Of a stretch of DNA of 64,000 nucleotides, positions 11,191 through 23,139 are shown piece by piece; position 1 is the stretch's first letter; each line of letters starts with the position of its first letter. Source of the DNA: Chiloscyllium plagiosum (lineage: Eukaryota); NCBI RefSeq assembly GCF_004010195.1, contig NW_025215326.1, positions 18,659-82,658 of the forward strand, in the 5' to 3' direction. A model generated the notes under the pieces. It made no database searches, was not told where the DNA came from, and was given only the letters and a program-made list of their open reading frames with translations. A program made the translations under genes and the position numbers.

Positions 11191-12339
11191 TAAAATGCTC
11201 TTATGAGTGCTGTTTCTAGAATTCTCTGGATGATGTCGTTTGTACAATGTTCCAGATAATTTTCAAAATAATTCAACTTTAGCAAAATGTTCATCCTCCA
11301 GTATGTAACGCATCAGAGGAAGGAGCAGAGTTTTACTTTTTTAAAAATCACTCAGGATGAAAGTGCCTCATGAGGCCATTCAGCCTCTCAAATATGCTCC
11401 ACTATTCAGACAATGGGAGCACCTAAACACTTGAATACTCACTCTCTTCACGAAGACAGGCGCCACATTGGAGTTTTGCTCGTTTCACTGGAACACTCCT
11501 GTAATCCCGAGAGTTATGGAATATTTCACACAGTGCCTCCAGTCACTCTGTAACCACTTCTATTAAAACAAGCTATGAATTGCTGATGAGTTGTTTACCC
11601 TTGGTCTTTTGTGCTTGAGAAAAGCCTTGTTTGTTTTGTTAGAGACAATGCCAAACTTTCAACTGACTACAATTTTGTTTATCATGTTGAAACTCTTTAT
11701 CCCTGTGAGGAACGATGTAAAATACTGTTTTAAATTCTCTGCCTGCTCCCTGAAACCAGTTGCCCAGTCACATCCTCCAGGTGTCCCACATATTCTTTCC
11801 TGCCTTTCTTCCAAGGGTCACACACACACCGTGAACGTTTTTTATTCGATATGGGAAAACTCTTGCGGTTGGTTTATTTTCATATTTCTTGCCAGTTTTG
11901 GAATACTTTTCTTTGTATTTTGTTTTGTACAGTCTGCTTCTGGTTCCAAAAGTAAACTTCCCAAATGTGGCCGACGTTAGAGGTCCCGAATCTGAATTCT
12001 TCAGTTTGTGATTGATTAGTATCCTTCACAGTCTTTGTGCATCATGGGTGATTCATCTTCACATCTTCATATCATCTTCTTTTTGACCAGGGCCAATCAT
12101 TACTGAGCGTTATTAAGCAGTACCTGCTGAAATGTCCGCCCCCCCAACCCACACACACACACACACATCTGCTGACCTTCACCTATGTCTATTTTCACAC
12201 TCCGTATTTGGCCAGATATATGACATAAATGTGTATTTGAAATGCCTGGTTCTTTTCAATCATTGAGGGGGAACCTACGTATGTGGCTGAACACATGATC
12301 AGCTGAGGGTGACACCATTCTCCCAGTTTCCCTGCCTCT

Positions 12340-12905
12340 ATCATTTCTGTTCGATGATGCCACATTCCCTTGGGCAGCTTCCTGCAAGTCATCCTTTTCT
12401 CTCAAACGAGAAATTCCCTCACTCTGATGGACTGAGCTTTCAGCTGTGACTGTCCCGTCTCCCTCTCTTCTGACCTCACTCCATCCCCTCCCTCACAGAA
12501 CAATGATAGATCTCCCCTTGCCCTCACTTCCTACTGCACTCGAATCTGCATTCGCAGAATCATCCTCCACCTCTTCCACCACCTCCAGCAGGACAGCACC
12601 ATCAAACATATCTTCGCCTCCCGTCCAATGTCAGTATTTCACAGGGACCACTCCTTCTTTGGCACGCTCCATTACCCCGAACACTTCCCAACATTCCCCA
12701 TGGCCCCTTCCCATGCAAATGCAGAAGCTGCAACATTTGCCCAATCATCTCTTCCCTCCTCACTGTCCAAGGCCCTAAACACACCTTCCAGGTGAAGCAG
12801 CATTTCACTTGTACACTTCCAATCCAGTCTCCAGTCATTGCTGCTCACAATGCAGTCTCCTTTACATTAGTGAGCCAAACAGAATCTGTTTTGAGGAACA
12901 TCTCA
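12340..12905 (+). mobile_element. Penelope-like element fragment (RT C-terminus to start of GIY-YIG endonuclease)
   Basis: Frameshifted homolog of 23217-23867: ..HLQQDSTIKHIF.., ccttccaggtgaagcagcatttcacttgt (FQVKQHFTC), ctttacattagtgag (LYI.E). Confidence 0.8.
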
Positions 12906-12959
12906 ATGAATAATTCACCTCCTGATTGCCAGTGCCTGTTAGTCATCTAAAAGGCACCT

Positions 12960-13440
12960 GTCAAACATTTGATGGAATATGGAATACATTCCACTGAATG
13001 GTCACACCTCGAACAACACTCCAGCACGACACTAACTAGGATAAAGCAGCTGCTTGATCGACATCCTATCCACTGTCTTCGATATTCAGTAATGCACTGT
13101 GACAGCAGTGTGTGCCATCTATGTGATGCACTGCAGTAACTCACCAAGGCTCGTCTAACAGTACCTTCCAAAAGGCCAAGAAGAACAAGGTCACCAGATA
13201 CATGGAAACGCCATCAATGCAATTTGCCCTGTAAAGTGTAAACCATCCTGAATTGCAACTATGCTTCCATTCCTTCACTGTCACCGGGTTACTAGCCTGA
13301 AACTGCCGAACAGCACTAACAGTGTAGCTGGGTAGACTGTAAATCACCATCACCTTCTGGAGGGTAATTTAAGATTGGCAATTAGCAATTGGCACTTGCT
13401 TAGCCAGTGACACCCATATGTCACAAGTGAACAAAAACAA
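12960..13440 (+). mobile_element. 3' end of an old L2/CR1-group LINE
   Basis: gatgcactgcagtaactcaccaaggctc ... caccaccttct ... ccagtgacacccatat followed by an A-rich end (gaacaaaaacaaa); family recognised from memory only. Confidence 0.5.
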
Positions 13441-13739
13441 ACCATACGTTCAGACTCCTGTTTCTTTCCATTAAATTCAAAATCTTGTTTTCTTTCTATC
13501 TTGTCCCATTTATCTTTTTCTTGCTCACTCTCCCTCACCTATTTCATATTTAGTTTTGTATAATCAGTTTTATCTGATTCCCTGGGTTAATGGGTAAGAA
13601 CAAAGATCATGATGTTAATAGGTTGTTTAAATTTAGATGTGCAGTGGAGCCTGACCCTGTCCCAGCTCAATAGCCATGCATACTTCATAGAATCATACAG
13701 AACAGAAGAGGCCTTTTGGCCCATTATCCATCTTTAATT

Positions 13740-13835
13740 GCCTGAAGAAGGGCTTATGCCTGAAACATCGATTCTCCTGCTCCTTGGATGCTGCCTGACC
13801 TGTTGCACTTTTCCAGCAACACATTTTTCAGCTTT
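13740..13835 (+). mobile_element. Penelope-derived short tail with hammerhead core
   Basis: CTGAAGA-A-GGGC-TTAT-GCCT-GAAA-CATC (13742-13769), followed by the same tail as 15880-15940. Confidence 0.7.
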
Positions 13836-14359
13836 GAGAAGGTAGTGTTGTGCTGACACCATTTCAGTCAGTGTGATGAGGTTACTCTCTCACTCCTAAT
13901 CAGATTACATTCATTGCTTTCTTGGGATTTTGATCCAATGACGATCACATTTTTTCACAATCAGGTACTGAGACATGAAAAAGAACTTGAAAACAGTAGG
14001 GTTTTGACATCTCTTGTAGATGGTGGAGGTCATATATTTGGGAGCTGTTGTCAAATAGAGGTGTGTGCATGCATGGGTGTGCAGTCTTCCTCTTGCTGTA
14101 ACCCTGATTGGTTCTTCAAGTTGAACCCCTTGAAGCCTCCAATGTTGACCCTTTTCTAGCATCTCAGTCATCCCTGCTGAACACCTAACTTAGCACAGAA
14201 CTGTAACTGAAGGTAGTACATTCACTGGTAATGTAAAATCTTGTACCTTTAGCAGAATTGCAGTTTGAATTTGGGCAAACTGTGAAGTAGATGTTCCTCC
14301 AGAAGAGGATTAAAATTCTTTGGTTCTTTGAATTAATGAAGTCTGTTTCTACTTTACAG

Positions 14360-14416
14360 ATGTGTTAGCAAGCCAAGAACAGACAGGTGAAATTGCAACC
14401 GTTACTATTGACCAAC
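14360..14416 (+). other. Candidate 57-nt internal exon of an unidentified gene
   Basis: Acceptor tgtttctactttacAG and donor GTGAGT; length is a multiple of 3; open as phase 1-1 (x-VLASQEQTGEIATVTIDQ). Confidence 0.3.
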
Positions 14417-15619
14417 GTGAGTACTTAACTCAATACATCTTGCTGCGTTAGGAGGGGAAGATATTTTGTGTATCTTGTTATTTGTCTAACATTTTATGTA
14501 ATATGTAATAAATCCCCTTGCTGATTCCATTATTGTCATAGAATTCCAAGATGTTTTGGGAACTTACTTTTGCATTTTTACCATTTTTATATTTGACTCC
14601 GTGTATATACAGTGACGGAGATTGTGTTATTTGAGGTTTTGGAATTTTTGGTGTTATGGGCTCATGTTCAATTATTCTTTCCAGTTTGCCATGTAAATCT
14701 GAAATCTAAGCTTTGCTTATTGTTCAAACAATGTGTTTGCACATGACTGCAGCTGTGGGAATGGTTAGGATGTTGTGCACAGCAATCCCTTGAAGCGGTT
14801 ACTTATACCTGCTAAATATAAGTTAAGACTGATGCACATCCCTCGGATTCAACACCAGAAGAAGACCTTTTCATGCTATCAGATTGAGTCAGATTCAGAC
14901 TGTCATCACTGATGTATTCTATTGTGTGTTGATCTTTTAATCATTTGGTTGTTTGAAAATGACAAGAGCCTCCGCTGTGGGATGCTTCCAAGTGAACCTT
15001 TCAGAATGAGTAATTGACACTTCAGAAGTAGTGTTGTTTTTCTTTTGATAAATTTCAGCATAGACTTACATTTGCTTTCTAAAATAATTAAATTAATGTT
15101 TTGGCATTCGTCCGAAAATAATCGGGTGGTTGTTATTAATTCCAATAGCCACAGAATATTTATGTTTGTGATGAAGAACAAAAGTGTTGCCTATCAAATT
15201 CAGATTGTCACCAAGAATTCACTTGGGGAATGCTAAAGGCACTTCTTCACCCAGTGTACAGGGAGATTATGTAATTTGATTTGACAGGGAGTTGAGCTGA
15301 ATAGCGTAGATGTATTTTAAGAGGAAACAAGTAAGCATATGTGAGAGAAGGGAATAGAACGTTATCCTGGTAGTAAAATAAAAAAGGATGCGAGCAGGCT
15401 TTAGTGGAGCCAAAACATCAGCGTGGATCAGTTTTGCTGCATCGCTTGTTTCTGCTGTATATTTCATGTATAATGGTTATGTTGGTTACTGTGTAATCTA
15501 GAGATGGGAGTTCAGATCTCGCCACTGGTTAGAGAGTCTAGAACCAGTGGCACTATTTCAAAAGTAAGGGGGATGCCACTTAGGTCGGATAAACAAAGAA
15601 ATTATTTCTAGCATCAGAG

Positions 15620-16150
15620 AGATCTACAGCACAGGAAAACCCATTGAGTCAGCGACAATCAAAAACAAGCACCTAATTATTTTAATCCCATTTTCCAGCG
15701 CTTTGGCATTGGGAGAAAGTGAGGACTGCAGATGCTGGAGATCAGAATCAAAAAGTGTGGTGCTGGAAAAGGACGGCAGGTCAGGCAGCATCTGAGGAGC
15801 AGGAGAATCGACATTTTGGGCATAAGCTCTTCATCAGGAATGTGGCCACTTTCCTGATGAAGGGTTTGTGCCCGAAATGTCGATGCTCCTGCTCCTCGGA
15901 TGCGGCCTAACCTCCTGTGCTTTTCCAGCGCCACACTTTTCATGCCTTGGCATTGCAAGTGTCTATCTAAATGCTGCTTCAATGTTATGAGGCTTTCTGC
16001 CTCTACCACCCTCACAAGCAGTGAGTTCCAGATTCCCACCTCCCTCTGGTTAAAATGCTTTTCCTCACATTCCCTCCAAACTGCCTTTCTCTTACCTTAA
16101 ATCTATGCCTCCATTGATCCCTCCACCATGGGGAAAGGTTCCTTCCTCTC
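15620..16150 (-). mobile_element. CR1 3' end, interrupted by the palindromic Penelope-derived insert
   Basis: ORF 15677-16039 begins GIWNSLLVRVVEAESLITLKQHLDRHL, the CR1 ORF2 C-terminus. Confidence 0.75.
15712..15940. mobile_element. Palindromic (head-to-head) Penelope-derived element with two hammerhead cores
   Basis: Arms ~15751-15845 and ~15846-15940 are reverse complements around GTGGCCAC (15842-15849); each arm carries TTCCTGATGAAG. Confidence 0.85.
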
Positions 16151-16209
16151 TTCTATCAGCAATAGAACCAATGGGAGGGGAATCCTGCTTGGCTTCATCC
16201 TCACCAATT

Positions 16210-18505
16210 TAGAACATAGAACAGTACAGCACAGAACAGGCCCTTCAGCCCACGATGTTGTGCCGACCACTGATCCTCATGTATGCACCCTCAAATTTCT
16301 GTGACCATATGCATGTCCAGTAGTCTCTCAAATGTCCCCAATGACATTGCTTCCACATCTGCTGCTGGCAACGCATTCCATGCTCTCACAACCCTCTGTG
16401 TAAAGAACCCGCCTCTGACATTCCCTCTCTCCTTTCCTCCAACCAGTTTAAAACTATAACCCCTCGTGTTAGTCATTTCTGCCCTTGGAAATAGTCTCTG
16501 GCTATCGACTCTATCTATGCCTCTCATTATCTTGTATACCTCAATTAGGTCACCTGTCATCCTCCTTTTATCCAATGAAAAAAGTCCGAGCTCAGTCAGC
16601 CTCTCTTCATAAGATAAGCCATCCAGTCCAGGCAGCATCCCGGTAAACCTCCTCTGAACCCTTTCCAAAGCACCCATTCCTATAACAGGGAGACCAGAAC
16701 TGGACGCAGTATTCCAAGTGCGTTCTAACCAAAGTTTTATAGAACTGCAACAAGATCTCATGACTCTTAAACCCAATCCCCCTGTTAATGAAAGCCAAAA
16801 CACCATATGCTTTCTTAACAACCCTGTCCACTTGGGTGACTACTTTAAGGGATCTATGTACCTGCACATCAAGATCCCTCTGTTCCTCTATACTGCCAAG
16901 AATCCTATCCTTAATACTGTACTCAGCTTTCAAATTCAACGTTCCAAAATGCATCACCTCCATTTATCCAGGTTGAACTCCATCTGCCACCTCTCAGCCC
17001 ATCTCTGCATCCTGTCAATGTCCCGCTGCAGCCTACAACAGCCCTCTATACTGTCAACGACACCTCCAACCTTTGAGTCGTCTGCAAAGTTGCTGACCCA
17101 TCCTTCAATCCCCTCATACAAGTCATTAATAAAAATTATAAACAGTAGATGCCCAAGGACAGATCCCTGTGGAACACCACTCACCACTGACTTCAAGGCA
17201 GAATATTTTCCTTTTACTACCACTCGCTGTCTCCTGTTGGCCAGCCAATTCTATATCCAGACAGCTAAGTTCCTCTGTATCCTATTCCTCCTGACCTTCT
17301 GAATGAGCCTACCATGGGGAACCTTATCAAATGCCTTCCTGAAATCCATATACACCACATCCACAGCTCGACTCTCATCAACTTTTCTAGTCACATCCTC
17401 AAAGAACTCGATAAGGTTTGTGAGGCATGACCTGCCCCTCACAAAGCCGTGCAAACTACATTTAATCAAGCCTTGCTCTTCCAGATGGTCATAGAACCCT
17501 TTCTAACACCTTGCAGACGACAGATGTGAGACTTACTGGCCTGTAATGGCCGGGGATTTCCCTATTTTCTTTCTTGAAGAGAGGAATTACATTTGCCTCT
17601 CTCCAGTCCTCAGGTACGACTCCAGTGGAGAGTGAGGATGCAATGATCTTCGCAAGTGGTGAAGCAATTGCATTTCTTGTTTCCCAAAGCAGCCGAGGAC
17701 AAATTTGGTCCGGGCCTGGCGATTTGTCAATCTTAATGTTTGTCAAAATTTTCAGCACATCAGCTTCCTCAATCTCTGTCCATTCCAGCATGCACACCTG
17801 CTCTTCAAAGGTTTCATTCACTACAAAATTCGTTTCTTTCGTGAAGACAGAAGCAAAAAACTCATTTAGGGCTTCCCCTACCTCCTCAGACTCCACACAC
17901 AAATTCCCTATGCTATCCCTGATCGGCCCTATTCTTTCTTTGATCATTCTCTTCTTCCTCACATAAGTGTAAAATGCCTTTGTGTTCTCCCTAATCCGTT
18001 CTGCCAAGCCTTTCTCGTGCCCCCTCCTCGCTCTCCGCGGACCATTTTTGAGCTCCTTCCTCGCCTGCCTGTAATCATCTAGACGGGAGCTCTACCCGAG
18101 CTTCCTCCACCTAATGTAAGCTAATGTTTTCCTTTTGACGAGAAGCTCCACCGCTCTCGTTAACCAAGGTTCCTTTATCATACCACTTCTTGCCTGTCTC
18201 AGAGGGACATATTTATTTATCACTTGCAACAACTGTTCCTTAAACAGTCTCCTTATATCTATAGTGCCTTTACCATGGAACAATTGCTCCCAATCCATGC
18301 TTACTAACTCATGTCTAATCGCATCATTGTTTCCTTTTCCCCAATTACTTTCCTCCCATTTTGCCTAATCCTCTCCTCCATAGCTATGTACAATGTAAGG
18401 CAGTTCTGGTCACTATCACCAAAATGCTCTCCACTACAAGATCTGATACCTGCCCCTGCTCGTTACCGAGCACCAAGTCTAGAATGGCCTCTCCCCTTGT
18501 CGGCC
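16210..18505 (-). mobile_element. CR1 LINE ORF2 (end of endonuclease, RT, C-terminus) with (TTCTATG)-type tail; relatively young but frameshifted
   Basis: KSPGPDQI, YRPVSLTSVVCKVLE, HGFVRGRSCLTNLIEFF, DFRKAFDKVPH, SGVPQGSVLG, FADDSKVGG, HLEYCVQFWSP, FFTQRVVRAWNALP. Confidence 0.97.
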
Positions 18506-19980
18506 TTCTCATTGTCCACAGGAGTCGTACTGGAGGATTGGAAGGAGGCGAATGTTGTTCCTTATTTCAGGAAGGGTAAAAGGGAAATCCCTGGCAATTA
18601 GAGACCAGTCAGTCTTACGTCTGTGGTCTGCAAAGTTTGGAAAAAATTCTCAGGGATAGGATTTATGACTATTTGGCAAAGCATTGTGTGATTAAAGGCA
18701 GTCAGCATGGCTTTGTGAGGGGCAGGTCATGCCTCACGAATCTTACTGATTTCTTTGAGGAGGTGTCAAGACAGGTCGACAATGGTCGAGCAGTGGATGT
18801 GGTGCATGTGGACTTCAGCAAGACATTTGATAGGGTTCCCCATGGAAGTCTCATTCATAAAGTGAGGAAGTATGGGAGCAGGTTGATTTGGCTATATGGA
18901 TTCAGAATTGGCTGGCTGGCAGAACGTAGAGAGCGGTAATAGATGGAAAGTATTCTGCTTGGAGGACAGTGTTGAGTGGGATCCCACAGGGCTGTGTTCT
19001 TGGGCCTCTGCTCTTTGTAGTTTTTATAAATGACTTGGATGAGGAGGTTGTGGGTTGGATTAGTAAATTGGTTGATGACACATAGGTTGGAGGTGTCGTC
19101 GATATTATAGAGGGCTACTGTAGGCTGCAGCATAACATAGACAGGATGCAAACCTGGGCTTAGAAATGACAGATGGAGTTCAACCTGGATAAATGCGAAG
19201 TGATGCATTTTGGAAGGTCAAATTCGAACCCTAAATATAGCATTAGATACAGGATTCTTGGCAGTGTGGAGTATCAGAGGGATCTGGGTGTGCAAGTGCA
19301 TAGCTCACTCAAAGTTGCCACCCAAGTGGATAGGGTGTAAAGAAAGCATATGGCGTTTTGGCTTTCATTAACAGGGGGATCGAGTTTAAGAGCCGCAAAG
19401 CTTTGCTGCAGCTCTGCAAGTCCCTGGTGAGACCACACGAGGAATAGTTCATGCAGTTGTGGTCGCCCTACTATAGGAAAGACACAGAGGCTTTGGAGAA
19501 TGTGCAAAGAAGGTTTACCAGGATGCTGTCTGGACTGCAGGGTCTTGCTTTATGAAGAAAGGTTGAACAAGCTTGGATCTTTCTCTCTGGAGACAAGGAG
19601 GAGAGAGGAGAGCTGATCGAGGTGTACAAAATAATGAGAGGAATAGATAGAGTCAATGCCCAGAGATTTTCCTCAGGGCAGGATTGACTAGTACGAGAAG
19701 TCATAGTTTGAAGGTATTAGGAGGAAGGTATAAGGGAGACGTCAGAGGTAGATTCTTTACACAGAGAGTTGTGAATGCTTGGAATGCGTTGCCAACTCTG
19801 GTGGTGGAAGCAGAATCATTGGGGACATTTAAGCACATGTTGGACATGCACATGGATAGCAGTGAGTTGAGGGTTGCGTAGGTTAAATTATTATGTTTTA
19901 CATTAGGATTAAATCTCCCGACAACATCGTGGACCAAAGGGCCTGTTCTGTGCTGTACTTTTCTATGTTCAATGTTCTAT
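18506..19980 (+). mobile_element. CR1 LINE ORF2 RT to 3' tail, fused 5'-to-5' with the previous copy
   Basis: EDWKEANVVP, QHGFVRGRSCLTNL, DFSKTFDRVPH, FFTQRVVNAWNALP; tail ttctatgttcaatgttctat. Confidence 0.97.
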
Positions 19981-20167
19981 TTAATATATTTAAAACAGAG
20001 ACAGATAAGTTCTTGATTGACAAGGGGCTCAAAGGTTACTGAGAGGAAGCAGGGAAATGGGGTTGAAAATCTATCAGTCGTGATCGAATGGCAAAGTACA
20101 TTTGATGGTCCAAATGGCTTCATTTCTGCTCGTATAGTCGTGTGGGCTTATAATACTTCGGTCCTAG

Positions 20168-20457
20168 ATGGCACGGTGGCTTAATGGTTTGCACTGCTGC
20201 CTCACAGCATCAGGGAACTGGGTTCGATTTCCTCTGGGTGCTCCAGTTTCCTGCCACAGTTCAAAGTTGTGCACGTTAGGTGAACTGGCCATGCTGAATT
20301 GCCGATTGTGTTCAGGGATGTTGAGTTTAGGTGCAATAGTCAAAGGTCTATGTATAATACTAGGGTAGAGAATGGGATTGGTTCACTTACTCTTTGAAGG
20401 GTCAGTATAGACCCATTGGGCCGAACGGCCTATTTCCACACCGTAGGGGTTCTACGA
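20168..20457 (+). mobile_element. HE1-type SINE
   Basis: GGCACGGTGGCTTAATGG (A box), GGTTCGATTTCC (B box), gttaggtgaactggccatgct core, and tail ggcctatttccacaccgtaggg. Confidence 0.85.
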
Positions 20458-20464
20458 AAATGCA

Positions 20465-21110
20465 GGCTGTGGCAATGTTCCAATGAAGCACAACCCAAGC
20501 TCGGGTAACACCCCACTTTACACTTTGGGACGTTACAGTCTGTAGGAGTTAATATTCAATTCCATAAATTCACAGCCTGAACCCATTATGGCTGTTCTCC
20601 ATTTTCCGTACACTCTCCCTCCTGGGCTCCCTAAGGTCGTGTCTCGCTTATGTTGCATTCAACAGAGAAAATCAATCTCTAATATTTGCCATTAATTTAC
20701 ACCCATTATATATCTGTGTTTCTTTCACTACAAATTAAAGCCGATTTGTCTTTCACACTGGGCCTCCAAACATACTTTCCCACCTCTGCCAAGATTCTAA
20801 AACGCTCACTTTCCAATTCTTTGCAATTCTGAAAAAGATTTACACTTGACTTGAAACATTAACATTGTTTCTCTGTCTGTAGATGTTGCCAGACCCACTG
20901 AGTTCCTTCAAAAATGAAAGGTTACAGGACACATTTTCAATATAGCAACGATCATGGGATACAGTAAATCTTAAACTAAACAAAAATTGTTGGACTGACT
21001 GGGTTCTTTGAGGAACAGTCACAGAATCCGAAAGATTAACTCTGCTTTCTCTCCACAGATGCTATTAGACTTGTCAGTGTCTTCAGCAATTTCTGGTTTT
21101 GAACAAGTTT
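20465..21110 (+). mobile_element. Penelope-like element 3' part (paralog of 23785-24415)
   Basis: Colinear with 23785-24415, including two degenerate hammerhead-like tails (~20829 and ~21007). Confidence 0.7.
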
Positions 21111-21569
21111 CAAACATGTGTGTCAAAGCTGCTCACACACCCTGTCCAACATGGAGCACCATACACTGGGAAGTGAATGATAATGCAAGGTATGCAAATT
21201 CATTTGTTCTGAAACTATATAAGGCTGTCATCACCGACACTACAGAGCTCTTAATCACAGTGATGGAGAGAAACAGAGGGAAACACATTCGCTTTATACA
21301 GAAGATGGCATTACTGGAAGGGAAAAGATTCAGATGAAAACGTTAAATGCTTTTGAGGAATGTGACAAATTGGAGGCATGGCATCATGAAGATATCCTAA
21401 CAGGATGAGAATTTTAAAAAAAGGAAGCGTTCCCACATCAGAAACCAGGATATGGCACTGTGTACAGGGGAGAAGGGTGACCAGTCCCCGTGGGAATGAG
21501 GACAGGCAGCAGAATTGTGTTGCAGATATTGCAGCTCAAACTGGGCATTCATGTGATGCTGCAAATCAT

Positions 21570-21600
21570 AGCAGCTGTAGTAGCAGCAGCAGCAGCAGCA
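21570..21600. repeat. (CAG)n microsatellite, imperfect
   Basis: gcagctgtagtagcagcagcagcagcagca. Confidence 0.85.
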
Positions 21601-21679
21601 GAATTATATTCAACCACAATGTAATCTCTCAGTCTACCATTACCATTTCTCCCCTTTTCTCCCCTTTTCCTTGATTTCT

Positions 21680-22075
21680 AGATTCATACAGTCATATAGT
21701 GCACAAACAGACCCTTTGGTCCAACTTGTCCATGCTCACCAGGTGCTCCAAACTAAACTAGTACCATTTGCTTGCATTTTGTCCATATGCCTCTAAACAT
21801 TTCCCATTCATATGTTTGTCCAAATGAGTTTTAAATGTTGTTACTGTACATGCATCTCCCACTTTTCCTCTGAGACCTCATTCCATATACACACATCACC
21901 CTCTGTGTGAAAACATTGACCCTTCGTCCATTTCAAATCTTCCCTCTTTCACTTAAACCTATGCCTTCTATGATTAAACACTCCATCCTGTGGAAAAGAC
22001 CTTGGCTAGTCACTATATTCATACCTCTCATGATTTTATAAACATCTACAATGTCATCTCTCAACCTTCTTCATG
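21680..22075 (-). mobile_element. CR1 3' fragment
   Basis: Reverse-complement tail (catacagtcatatagtgcacaaacagaccctttggtccaac) and accctctgtgtgaaa (FTQRV). Confidence 0.75.
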
Positions 22076-23139
22076 CTATTTGACACTAACTTTACGAACA
22101 AGCATTTAAAGATAATCCCTGCAAATTTGAAACAGTATTCAAATGACAGGTAAATAACACTCAGCCCAAGCTTCATATTGTGATTTGTCTTTCTCCATGT
22201 TACAATACTAAGGCAGCAGGAAACTCTTACGAGTGCCAATAAGAGGTCAACCACATGAATTGCTTTGTCCAAATGGGGAGATGAACTCTGCAGTGAAAGC
22301 GCTTCCCTGGCCTGAACCCTATAAGAAGGGGAATTCTTGTACCACACGGTCAGCGTCTACCTTTACCAGAGTGAGATGAAGGCTGAGTATACTTTTTGAA
22401 ATTTGGATCACAGAGTGAATTCAGTGCAAAGGGGAAGAGGTGATTTCCATAAGTTTTACTCCAAGAAGGAAACTTTCCGGGGTGAGATGTGAGTGGGAGG
22501 TGTAAAACATGATGAATGGAGAGGCCGAGCCACACTGAGACCAGACGCAAAGTGGCAGCACAAAATGCAGCTTGATGCTACTGCAGAGTAGGTAGGCTTG
22601 AACAAAGAGTTTCAGGTGAAGTGGGTAGGGACCATAATATGAGAGAATGTGCTCTGTAATTGGAGAGGGAGTCACTGGAATCAGGAAGGAGAGACGAGCA
22701 GGGAATAGGATGGAGCAGCAATGGCAGGGTTTTCTGTGGGGTAAATCAGGAAGCAGAGCTGAAATTCATGCCAAACATCAGCTTATGGTCCCTGAAATAG
22801 ATGTTATAAATCTGGCCCTCCACTAATGCTCATCAATAATATTCTTGAGAACTTTTGTCAATCATAGTTGGTTCACCTGCTTATTGAGTTCTTCATCTTG
22901 AACAGAAACAATAATTATTGGGCGGTTTGGGATATCTGCTTGAATCTCTGCTTAACTATACTCACTGGCATTCCTCTGGGTTTATTTTCACATTCTGTTT
23001 CAGACCAGATATGAGGCAGAAATCCTCAATTTATATGCTTGGGTCTTTTCAATCATTCAGGGGGAACTTCTGAATGTGGCTGAATACATGATCAGCGGAG
23101 GCTGATTTCATTCTCCAAGTTTCTCCATCTCTGTTTTTT

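Noticed and set aside
10221..11294. Long ORFs of 260-332 aa
   Set aside because: Almost entirely N-gap; the same applies to the ORFs at 45479-46198
16210..19980. Active autonomous retrotransposon
   Set aside because: Both CR1 copies are 5'-truncated with stops and frameshifts; the L1 has a stop at the YADD motif
20168..20240. tRNA genes suggested by A/B boxes (also ~5545-5610)
   Set aside because: They are SINE heads continuing into SINE body and LINE-like tail; no complete cloverleaf
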